Shown here: piece by piece, positions 1-7,223 of the stretch
Layout of the letters: the number at the start of each line of letters is the position of its first letter
How positions within the stretch are numbered: the first letter of the stretch is position 1
DNA from: Patescibacteria group bacterium
Lineage (GTDB): Bacteria; Patescibacteriota; Patescibacteriia; 2-01-FULL-39-33
Direction of reading: 5' to 3'
Length of the DNA stretch: 32,000 bases
Assembly (NCBI GenBank): GCA_041662745.1
Contig: JBAZRV010000006.1
Coordinates: forward strand, 11,215 to 43,214
Notes under the pieces: model-generated
Databases searched by the model: none
The model's input: the letters and a program-made list of their open reading frames with translations, nothing else
Told to the model about the DNA's origin: nothing
Position numbers and translations under genes: made by a program

Positions 1-155
1 CTGTTTCGGCTAGGCACGACAAGCATGGGAATTCTTTATCAGTTTCGTTTGGGTTTCGACTCGAACGATGCTAATAAAAATTTTCTTGCCTAGCCAAATC
101 AGCCCGAGTGGCGCAACTTTTTGGCCCGTGGAACCACGTTTATTGCCAATTAAAA

Positions 156-182
156 AACATCCGATATTACCGGGTGTTTTTT
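156..182 (+). terminator. Hairpin + T-run, terminator-like
   Basis: AACATCCG (156-163) pairs with CGGGTGTT (171-178) and is followed by a T-run. It would end a + strand transcript that starts left of the window. Confidence 0.45.
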
Positions 183-197
183 CGTATCTTATTATTT

Positions 198-270
198 GTC
201 ATTCCTGGCTTGACCAGGAATCCAGGTTATCTTGTCATCCCGGAAATTTATAACCAAATTATCCGGGATC
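198..270 (+). repeat. Palindromic hairpin repeat element, two tandem modules
   Basis: GTCATTCC-TGGCTTGACCA-GGAATCCAGGTT (198-228) is 31/31 identical to 26613-26643. A second hairpin follows, GTCATCCCGG..N19..CCGGGATC (234-270). Confidence 0.85.
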
Positions 271-322
271 TCTGACTTAAAAAATAAAATTAATTTTTTA
301 ATACAAATCAAATGCAAATCTC

Positions 323-1105
323 TCAATGTTTTCTCTTATAAGAAAACGAGATTAACCCAATAATAATCAATGCAACACTAAACACCTGCGGGAAGCGAAA
401 ACCAAAGATCATGGCTGTCGCGTCAAACCGTAAAAACTCCATTATAAATCTGATCAGTCCGTAGCCAGCGAGATATAACGCCAAATATTGCCCCGACCGG
501 AACAGCCTTTTTTTGAAAGAAAAAAACAATAATAAAAATAAACATAAACTCAACAACGATTCATACAAAAACAGCGGTTGGAAATATTGGCTGGATGAAT
601 ACTGTTCCGGCCGCAAGCTGGCCGGTATGGGTATGCCCCAAGGCAGGCCAGTGGGCCGGCCGAACAATTCCTGATTAAAATAATTGCCCCAACGCCCCAA
701 CGCCTGACCCAAGGGCAAGACCACGGCGGATAGATCCAGCCATGGCCAAACTGAACGTTTCTTCCGCCAACACCAGAAGAGCAAAAATAAAATCCCGCCG
801 ATGATCGCGCCGTGGATCGCCATTCCTCCCTGCCAAACGGCGATAATCGCCTGCGGATGCCGGGAAAAATAAGCCCAGTCAACTACCAGCACGTCATACA
901 AACGCGCCCCGATAACCGCCCCGATAACCGCCCAGAAAGCCAACTCATAAATGTCATCGCTCTTATCGCCCTGGCGGCGCAACAAATAAACCGCCACAGC
1001 TAAGCAAAGCAGGATAGCTGAAGCGATAATCAGGCCGTACCAATAAATATTAATGGGGCCAAAGGAAAAAACGATTCTGCCGGGGGTAAAATAATGGATG
1101 AACAT
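323..1105 (-). CDS. lgt: Prolipoprotein diacylglyceryl transferase
   Basis: 260-aa polytopic membrane ORF. Blocks 'GPINIYWYGLIIA', 'GGMAIHGAIIGG' and 'GRWGNYFNQELFGRPT..PWGI' match conserved Lgt signatures. Confidence 0.9.
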   Translation of the reverse strand: MFIHYFTPGRIVFSFGPINIYWYGLIIASAILLCLAVAVYLLRRQGDKSDDIYELAFWAVIGAVIGARLYDVLVVDWAYFSRHPQAIIAVWQGGMAIHGAIIGGILFLLFWCWRKKRSVWPWLDLSAVVLPLGQALGRWGNYFNQELFGRPTGLPWGIPIPASLRPEQYSSSQYFQPLFLYESLLSLCLFLLLFFSFKKRLFRSGQYLALYLAGYGLIRFIMEFLRFDATAMIFGFRFPQVFSVALIIIGLISFSYKRKH

Positions 1106-1134
1106 GTCTTCATTATACTATCCACACCCCCCTC

Positions 1135-1163
1135 TTGACAAAAAAATTAAAGTGTGCTATAAT
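1135..1163 (+). promoter_or_regulatory. Sigma70-type promoter (TTGACA-17-TATAAT with TG extension)
   Basis: TTGACA at 1135-1140, a 17-nt spacer ending in TGC, and TATAAT at 1158-1163. It lies about 100 nt upstream of the 1262 ORF. Confidence 0.6.
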
Positions 1164-1261
1164 GGTATATTGATGATTCTAGGGGAAGTTCCTTAAATCA
1201 CTATAACTAATGATGTCATGGATCCGCGGATAATGATTTAACAAACGAAGGAGAATACCCG

Positions 1262-1411
1262 ATGCCAAAAGACGAATGCCCGTTTTGTCAAAATAATCCC
1301 GAAAATATTACCGACGACGATTTTTGCCCCATGTGCGGGATCCCATCGCTACAGTACACCAAGTTTATTGAGGAAGAAATGGAAGAAAACGGTGAACTTG
1401 ATCCGTACTGA
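1262..1411 (+). CDS. Small zinc-ribbon protein (49 aa, two CxxC pairs)
   Basis: The ORF is below the track's length cutoff; I translated it by eye as MPKDECPFCQNNPENITDDDFCPMCGIPSLQYTKFIEEEMEENGELDPY*. A strong GAAGGAGA Shine-Dalgarno sits 6-7 nt upstream. Confidence 0.5.
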   Translation: MPKDECPFCQNNPENITDDDFCPMCGIPSLQYTKFIEEEMEENGELDPY

Positions 1412-1452
1412 CAACCAGTCCGAAATTATAGCTCAAAGCCGGGAGAGATTGA

Positions 1453-1758
1453 ATGCCAAGAAAAAAACAATTGCGTCTTACTAGGCGTCCCGGGAAGTCG
1501 GCCTTCTGGATTTACGAGAAGGATTGGGAAGCCAGGCAGGGCCGGAGGATTCACTACAAGAGAAAACCCCTGGTCATCCAAGCGTACAGTGAGAAACAGG
1601 CGGTGAGTTTCTATGTGCGGACTTTTCTGCGCCAGCGCGGGAAGAAAGCCATAGATACCGCCGAGAATTACTTCGCCCGTCTCGTGAAGGGCGGAGCAGT
1701 CGGATCGCAAACAGAGTTGCCGCATGAGTTGCCGCCTAAGCATAAGGCGACGCAATAG
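1453..1758 (+). CDS. Hypothetical basic protein (101 aa)
   Basis: Same strand as the zinc-ribbon ORF and 41 nt downstream of it. A GGGAGAG RBS-like motif lies upstream, and a strong terminator follows directly. No family recognised. Confidence 0.5.
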   Translation: MPRKKQLRLTRRPGKSAFWIYEKDWEARQGRRIHYKRKPLVIQAYSEKQAVSFYVRTFLRQRGKKAIDTAENYFARLVKGGAVGSQTELPHELPPKHKATQ

Positions 1759-1774
1759 AATGTTTTTTCCTCAT

Positions 1775-1806
1775 CCCCCGCGAACGCGTTTCGCGGGGGA
1801 ATTTAT
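1775..1806 (+). terminator. Rho-independent terminator
   Basis: 10-bp stem CCCCCGCGAA (1775-1784) / TTCGCGGGGG (1790-1799) with a 5-nt loop, then a T-rich tail. Confidence 0.8.
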
Positions 1807-1998
1807 TTTCCTTATATTGTATTTGCATTATATTTACATTTAAAAAATGCGGCCATTGAAAATATTGCGCCAATTTTCAGTGTCCGTCACAGACGGACCG
1901 TGCGGACACGAAAAATTTTCGCAAGCGCAGCGTCAGAAAATTTAAGTGGGCGCAACTGAAAATTTGGCCATGATTTTTAGCGGCCGCGACTCTTTGGT

Positions 1999-2024
1999 GA
2001 TACTTTTCTCTAGAGAAAAGTATC
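1999..2024. repeat. Perfect 26-bp palindrome
   Basis: GATACTTTTCTCT|AGAGAAAAGTATC, 13+13 nt with no mismatch, in a noncoding stretch. Confidence 0.9.
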
Positions 2025-2072
2025 GTGAAAATTAAACCCCTCATAATCTCCTCTTCCATAAGGGGTAGAAAT

Positions 2073-2123
2073 AACCTGGATTCCCGCCCTTGCCTGCCGG
2101 CAGGCAAGGTACATGGGAATGAC
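2073..2123 (-). repeat. Palindromic hairpin repeat element, nested variant, inverted orientation
   Basis: AACCTGGATTCCC...GGGAATGAC encloses a perfect 22-bp inner palindrome, CCTTGCCTGCCGGCAGGCAAGG. Confidence 0.8.
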
Positions 2124-2133
2124 AACTCTGATA

Positions 2134-2162
2134 TTGACATTTCTCTTTAAATGCTATATAAT
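2134..2162 (+). promoter_or_regulatory. Sigma70-type promoter for rpsO
   Basis: TTGACA at 2134-2139, an exact 17-nt spacer, and TATAAT at 2157-2162. Confidence 0.65.
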
Positions 2163-2275
2163 AAAACCACTAATTATTAAGGCGAATTTCCGGTGCCGGA
2201 GGGCCGGCAACCCCGGTTTCTGCTATTCTGCAGAACTACACAAGTACTGGGAATTACGCGACACAAGTCATCACT

Positions 2276-2638
2276 ATGATAGACAAAAAAAAGAAACAGC
2301 AAATCATCAAAAAATTTGCTGTCCATGAGAACGACACCGGATCATCGGAAGTGCAAATCGCGCTCTTGACCGAAGAAATCAAAAGCCTGACCGAACACTT
2401 AAAAGCCCACAAAAAAGATTTTTCTTCCCGCCGCGGCTTATTGCGCAAGGTGGCCGAAAGACGCAGATTGTTGCGTTATTTGGAGAGAGAAAATTCCGCC
2501 GGCTTTGACGAGCTGGTCAAGTGCCTGAAGCTGAAGATCGCCAAACGCAAAGAGCTCTCCTCCAAATTACTGGAAGACGAGATCAAAGAAGAATTGGGTG
2601 AAGAAATCAAACCTGAAACCGAAACCACTGAAATATAA
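2276..2638 (+). CDS. rpsO: 30S ribosomal protein S15 with a C-terminal acidic/Lys-rich extension of about 30 aa
   Basis: 'FAVHENDTGSSEVQIALLTEEIKSLTEHLKAHKKDFSSRRGLLRKVAERRRLLRYL' is the canonical S15 core. It is followed by pnp, the conserved gene order. Confidence 0.9.
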   Translation: MIDKKKKQQIIKKFAVHENDTGSSEVQIALLTEEIKSLTEHLKAHKKDFSSRRGLLRKVAERRRLLRYLERENSAGFDELVKCLKLKIAKRKELSSKLLEDEIKEELGEEIKPETETTEI

Positions 2639-2645
2639 TATGGTG

Positions 2646-2679
2646 CGCGGGACGCCGGCTTTTCGGCGCCCCGCGTTTT
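2646..2679 (+). terminator. GC-rich hairpin + TTTT after rpsO (terminator/attenuator)
   Basis: CGCGGGACGCCG ... CGGCGCCCCGCG forms a stem with small bulges, followed by TTTT. Confidence 0.55.
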
Positions 2680-2712
2680 GCGCCAAGCTCGCTTTTTAAA
2701 AATTAACCTAAC

Positions 2713-2796
2713 GGACCGAGACAGGAGATTATTTATTTGAAAGAAAAGCTGACTCAGGCAGCCGGCTTTCCCTTCAAATAAATCCCGCTCGGTTCC
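2713..2796 (+). promoter_or_regulatory. Long imperfect hairpin in the pnp 5' leader
   Basis: GGACCGAG..ATTATTTATTTGAAAG (2713-2743) pairs with CCCTTCAAATAAATCCCGCTCGGTTCC (2770-2796). It ends 22 nt before the pnp ATG. Confidence 0.5.
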
Positions 2797-2818
2797 TAAA
2801 CAAGAAAGGACCGAAACT

Positions 2819-5104
2819 ATGTTTGCAAACAAAAAATTCCAAACCGAATTCGGCGGCAGAACTTTAACCGTAGAACTCGGCAAACTGGCTCACCAATGCA
2901 ATGGCGCAGCCCTGGTTTCTTATGGCGAAACCGTTATCTTGGCCACCGCCGTTATGGGCAAAGAACCCAGAATGGGTATTGACTTCTTTCCGTTGCAAAT
3001 AGAAATGGTGGAAAAGATGTACGCCGCCGGCAAAATCAAAGGTTCCAAGTTCGTCAAACGCGACGGCCGCCCGACCGATAACGCCATTTTAGACGGCCGC
3101 ATGATTGACCGCGGCATTCGCCCGCTCTTCAATCAAGAAATGCGCCACGAGGTGCAAGTCGCCACTACCGTCTTGTCTTATGACGAGGAGAACTCTGTTG
3201 ATGTCTTGGCGATTACCGCCGGCTCATTGGCCCTGCATATTTCCGATATCCCTTGGCGCGGCCCCTTGGTCGGCGTCTGCGTCGGCCGTGTTAACGGCGA
3301 ACTCATTCTTAACCCAACCGAAAGCCAATTGAAAGAATCTGATTTTAAATTGATTTTCTCGGCCGGTTATGACAAAGTTTTGATGATTGACGCTGAAGGC
3401 AAAGAAATCACCGAGGCGGATATGGCTCAAGCCATTGGCTTCGGACTCAAAGCTATCAAACCGCTGTTAGATTTCATTGAAAGCATCAGAAAAGAAATCG
3501 GACTGGGGAAAAAAGACGAGGCCAAATTAGTTGAAGCCGCTTGGGCCAACATGGAAATCACCTTGGCCGAGAAAAAAGCGACTTTTGAGGAAGCCAAGAA
3601 ATTCTTTGCGCCCCAACTGGACAAATACCTGTTCAACCAGCCCAAAGGCACCAAACGCGAACGCAAGGCCGTGGCTGAAAAACTCTTGGATTTGTTCATT
3701 GAACAACTGAAAGCCAAAAATACTCACGAAGAGATTATTGCTTATATCAAAGAAAACTTTGATTTGTATTTGGAAGACGAAGTAACCAAGGCCATCTTAG
3801 ATAAAGACTTAAGAATTGACGGCCGCGGCGTTACTGACATTAGACCCTTATCGGCTAACGTCGGCATCCTGCCCCGCACCCATGGCACCGGCTTGTTCCA
3901 GCGCGGTGAAACCCAAATCCTGTCCGTTGTTACTTTGGGCGCGCCCGGCGATGCTCAAATTTTGGATGAAATGACCCAGGATGACACCAAAAAAACTTAC
4001 ATCCACCATTATAGTTCCGCCCCCTTCGCTTATGGCGAACCGGGACGTTTTGGCTCACCCGGACGCCGCGAGATCGGCCACGGCGCTTTGGCGGAAAAAG
4101 CTTTGATTCCGGTTTTGCCGGACAAAGAGAAATTCCCTTACACCATCTTAGTCGTCTCCGAAGTCATGGGCTCTAACGGCTCATCTTCCATGGCCTCTAC
4201 TTGCGGTTCCACTTTGGCCTTAATGGATGCCGGCGTACCCATCAAAAAACCGGTGGCCGGAATCGCCATGGGCCTCGCTTCTGATGGCCAGCGCAACAAG
4301 GTCATTACTGATTTGCAGGATTTTGAAGACGGTCCCGGCGGCATGGATTTCAAAGTTACCGGTACTGCCGATGGCATTACTGCCATCCAAATGGACACCA
4401 AAACAGACGGATTATCCATAGACTTATGCGTTGAATCCCTGGCTCGCGCCAAAGAAGCGCGCCTGAAAATTTTAGACGTAATTACCAACGCTATTCCTGA
4501 ACCGCGTTCCGATTTATCGCCATACGCTCCTCGCATCATCTGCTTACGCATTGATCCGGAAAAAATCGGCGCGGTTATCGGCGCCGGCGGCAAGGTTATC
4601 AACAAAATTATTGAAGAATGCGGCGTTCAGATTGATATTGATGATGACGGCATTGTCGCTATTACCGGCGTCGGCCAAGAAAGCATGGACAAGGCCGTGG
4701 CTTGGATTGAAGGCTTAGTCAAAGAAGTGGAACCGGGTGAGATTTACACCGGCAAAGTGGTCCGCCTGATGGACTTTGGCGCTTTCGTAGAAATCCTGCC
4801 GGGCCAGGACGGCTTAGTGCATATTTCCGAATTCTCCAACAACCGCGTAGACAAAATAACCGATGTAGCCAACATCGGCGACGAACTGACTGTTAAAGTC
4901 ATTGAAATAGACGACAAGGGTCGCATCAATTTATCAGTCAAGCAGGCTGATCCGAATTATAATCCGGCCGAAGACATGCGTCGCCCGCGCAGCGATAGCG
5001 GCGATCGTCCCGGCGGACGGGGCGGTTTCAATCGCGACCGCGATCGCGGCGGGTTCGGCGGACAAAGACGGCGCGATAATGATCGCGGCGGGTTCCGACG
5101 CTAA
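2819..5104 (+). CDS. pnp: Polynucleotide phosphorylase with a C-terminal Arg/Gly-rich tail
   Basis: Two RNase PH-like halves ('GRREIGHGALAEKAL'), a KH domain ('GKVINKIIEECG') and an S1 domain ('GKVVRLMDFGAFVEILPGQDGLVHISE'). Confidence 0.95.
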   Translation: MFANKKFQTEFGGRTLTVELGKLAHQCNGAALVSYGETVILATAVMGKEPRMGIDFFPLQIEMVEKMYAAGKIKGSKFVKRDGRPTDNAILDGRMIDRGIRPLFNQEMRHEVQVATTVLSYDEENSVDVLAITAGSLALHISDIPWRGPLVGVCVGRVNGELILNPTESQLKESDFKLIFSAGYDKVLMIDAEGKEITEADMAQAIGFGLKAIKPLLDFIESIRKEIGLGKKDEAKLVEAAWANMEITLAEKKATFEEAKKFFAPQLDKYLFNQPKGTKRERKAVAEKLLDLFIEQLKAKNTHEEIIAYIKENFDLYLEDEVTKAILDKDLRIDGRGVTDIRPLSANVGILPRTHGTGLFQRGETQILSVVTLGAPGDAQILDEMTQDDTKKTYIHHYSSAPFAYGEPGRFGSPGRREIGHGALAEKALIPVLPDKEKFPYTILVVSEVMGSNGSSSMASTCGSTLALMDAGVPIKKPVAGIAMGLASDGQRNKVITDLQDFEDGPGGMDFKVTGTADGITAIQMDTKTDGLSIDLCVESLARAKEARLKILDVITNAIPEPRSDLSPYAPRIICLRIDPEKIGAVIGAGGKVINKIIEECGVQIDIDDDGIVAITGVGQESMDKAVAWIEGLVKEVEPGEIYTGKVVRLMDFGAFVEILPGQDGLVHISEFSNNRVDKITDVANIGDELTVKVIEIDDKGRINLSVKQADPNYNPAEDMRRPRSDSGDRPGGRGGFNRDRDRGGFGGQRRRDNDRGGFRR

Positions 5105-5131
5105 TATCAAACCGATTAAACATACCCAAGA

Positions 5132-6490
5132 ATGATTGCTCTGCTTATTATCAAGCTGAAACAAATCTCTCACCGATCCCGGCTTCTGGCCGGGATTTCG
5201 GTAGGAGTTGTTTTTTTTCTTATCTTAATCAATCTGTTAAACGGTTTAAACAGCAATGATAAACTGGTTAGATTCGTCCGACCCAACACCACCTTTTACT
5301 TATCGCTTAATCTCAGTTCAGCGGAAAAGTCCCTGGCCGGCCTAAAAATAATTGACCGCCTCTTGGCCGGCTATCAATTAACCGATCTTAACCGCCATTG
5401 GCTCAAATCAAACCTGGGCCAAATTTGTTTGGCTGATAATAACAATCAATCTTGTTTTTTGCTGTTTGATGCCAGAAAAACCCAGGAAATTCAAAATTAT
5501 CTGGCAAAAAAAAATATTCCCTATCGACGCTTCGGTAAAACCTTCGCCATTGCCGACAGCCGAGAAAAATTAAAGTCGCTTAGGACCAATCTGTTGATCT
5601 CCCCCCTAAAGCCTCATGATAAGATTAATCGTCCGCGGGATATTACGGTTTATCTGCGTCCGCAAACCGGCAATAGCCCCAAAATGCTAAAAATAATTTC
5701 CTTAACTACTGCTGACCGAGGCGGCTTGTCTTGGCACGGCAAACTTTCCGGCCCCGCCATCAGTTTAATCGGCGATCAATCTTCGTTTCCTTTGTTGTCC
5801 TGGCCCATTATTTCCACCGAACAGTTGCCTAAAAATAGAAAAGACGCCGATTTAACCCTGGTTCTATCCGAACCGATCAAATTCTGGCAACAATGGCACA
5901 AAATAATTTCTTCCTCTCTGCCCAAAGACTACCAACTTCAAGAAAAAATTACCGCTCAACTGAAAAAATCGTACGGCTTTGATCCGACTGATCGCCTTTG
6001 GAGCCAATTAGCCTCCCAACCGCTGACGATTATAGCCAAATCTCGTTCGGCTTCCGGCGAAGATCTGCTAAGTGGTTATGATTGGTCGTTATTTTTATCC
6101 GCCGGCCGAGTTCTGTCTGCCACAGATATGGAAAAAATAGAAACTATGATGAAAAAGCTGGTTTCTCGCCGTCAACCTCAAGTTCAAACGATTTATTTAA
6201 GCGATGGTACGCCGGTTGCCGAGTTGTTAAGCGGCGGCGAACCGCAAGAATCAAGCACTGATGACGGCCAACGCTTCTTTTCCAACTCCGATCAGTCATT
6301 TATTCTGTTTTATTCAACCGAAAACGACAAATTAGAAATGGGGAACAGCCTTTCCTGGCAACCATCCCGAATATTGGATGATAAAAATTACCTAAAAATC
6401 AATCTGCAAGCCTTCAAAACATACACCAATCCGGTTTTGGCTGATTTCAACTGGCTGGAATCCAGGGGCAATAAAGTGATAATCTATTAA
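5132..6490 (+). CDS. Hypothetical membrane-anchored protein (452 aa)
   Basis: Single N-terminal hydrophobic helix (LLAGISVGVVFFLILINLL) followed by a large soluble region. No family recognised. It abuts pnp on the same strand. Confidence 0.6.
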   Translation: MIALLIIKLKQISHRSRLLAGISVGVVFFLILINLLNGLNSNDKLVRFVRPNTTFYLSLNLSSAEKSLAGLKIIDRLLAGYQLTDLNRHWLKSNLGQICLADNNNQSCFLLFDARKTQEIQNYLAKKNIPYRRFGKTFAIADSREKLKSLRTNLLISPLKPHDKINRPRDITVYLRPQTGNSPKMLKIISLTTADRGGLSWHGKLSGPAISLIGDQSSFPLLSWPIISTEQLPKNRKDADLTLVLSEPIKFWQQWHKIISSSLPKDYQLQEKITAQLKKSYGFDPTDRLWSQLASQPLTIIAKSRSASGEDLLSGYDWSLFLSAGRVLSATDMEKIETMMKKLVSRRQPQVQTIYLSDGTPVAELLSGGEPQESSTDDGQRFFSNSDQSFILFYSTENDKLEMGNSLSWQPSRILDDKNYLKINLQAFKTYTNPVLADFNWLESRGNKVIIY

Positions 6491-6631
6491 ACCACAAAGA
6501 ATAACAGCTGTTGATAAGATGTGTATAACTTTACTAAAAACTGCCATTTATAATAAAAAATATTTTGTATTTTTCTACACTATATTATTTTTTAGCTAAA
6601 TTAAAACATTTTATTTATACTTGCCAAAGTT

Positions 6632-6660
6632 TTGACCGTGTTGTCAAAAACTGATATAAT
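6632..6660 (+). promoter_or_regulatory. Sigma70-type promoter (TTGACC-17-TATAAT)
   Basis: TTGACC at 6632-6637, a 17-nt spacer, and TATAAT at 6655-6660. It would start a transcript about 555 nt upstream of mgtA. Confidence 0.6.
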
Positions 6661-6839
6661 ATCAACAGGAGGCAAAGATAACGCTTCCAACGCACATTAG
6701 GGTCATAACAATGACCGCAGATATAGAAACCTGGCAATAAAGATACGTTAGCCCCAATAAGCCAAATATAAGTCTCTCTTGGCTCTCACGGCTAAACATC
6801 TCCATAGATTCATATCTTAGACCCAGCTTTCTGCTTTTT

Positions 6840-7040
6840 ATCTGTTAGGCGCATGATGAAGGGACATAAGTCTCACCTTCGCGTCAGCGAACCTTACAAC
6901 GCAACAACCCGCTCCCCAATCCGTTTCTCATGACAATTCGCACTGTCCAGGCGTCCAACAATTCCAAAAAGAGCAATTGTGCTCGCCGCTTCGCGGGTAA
7001 AAAGCATAGCCATCTGACTTACGGCTAAAACTCCGATATT
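6840..7040 (+). promoter_or_regulatory. Candidate Mg2+-responsive leader, divergent M-box (ykoK)-like aptamer
   Basis: 5' GUUAGGCG, internal GUCCAGGCGUCCAACAA, and 3' AUAGCCAUCUG..ACGGCUAAAACUCCGAU resemble, by eye, M-box blocks GUUAGGUGAGGC, GGGUCAACAG and AUGCCAUACAGUGCUAAAGCUCUACGAU. It sits upstream of an MgtA-type ATPase and is followed by a terminator. Confidence 0.4.
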
Positions 7041-7105
7041 CGGATTATTTATTCTCGCCTACTCATCAAGCAGGCGAAAATGAGTACTGAGCACCGGATC
7101 TCAGT

Positions 7106-7164
7106 GGGCGCAAGCCAACCATAAGTAATAATTTAAGGTTGCGAATCTTGCGCCCCTTTTTTTA
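7106..7164 (+). terminator. Intrinsic terminator in the mgtA leader (possible expression platform)
   Basis: GGGCGCAAG-CCAACC (7106-7120) pairs with GGTTG..CTTGCGCCC (7137-7155), then T7. It ends 60 nt before the mgtA ATG. Confidence 0.75.
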
Positions 7165-7223
7165 TTCAAAAAATTTAGGGTAAAAAACGATTTTTGTGAT
7201 AAAATATAATTATACACAACACT

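Noticed and set aside
68-253. 61-aa ORF on the + strand
   Set aside because: Its C-terminal half (..CHSWLDQESRLSCHPGNL) is simply the translation of the palindromic elements at 198-270. It has no RBS and runs across a terminator-like hairpin.
1426-1755. 109-aa ORF antisense to the 1453-1758 ORF
   Set aside because: The + strand ORF is co-oriented with the upstream promoter and zinc-ribbon gene, has an RBS-like GGGAGAG, and is followed by a + strand terminator. Still, this is the least certain strand call in the window.
1877-2140. 87-aa ORF on the - strand (and the 71-aa + ORF at 2113-2328)
   Set aside because: Both run through the nested repeat element, the perfect palindrome and the rpsO promoter. 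Their composition is typical of translated repeat DNA, and neither has an RBS.
6853-6933. 26-codon leader ORF (MMKGHKSHLRVSEPYNATTRSPIRFS*) as an mgtL-like Pro-sensing leader peptide
   Set aside because: It has no SD and only two Pro codons, and it lies inside the putative aptamer helices. Nothing supports translation.
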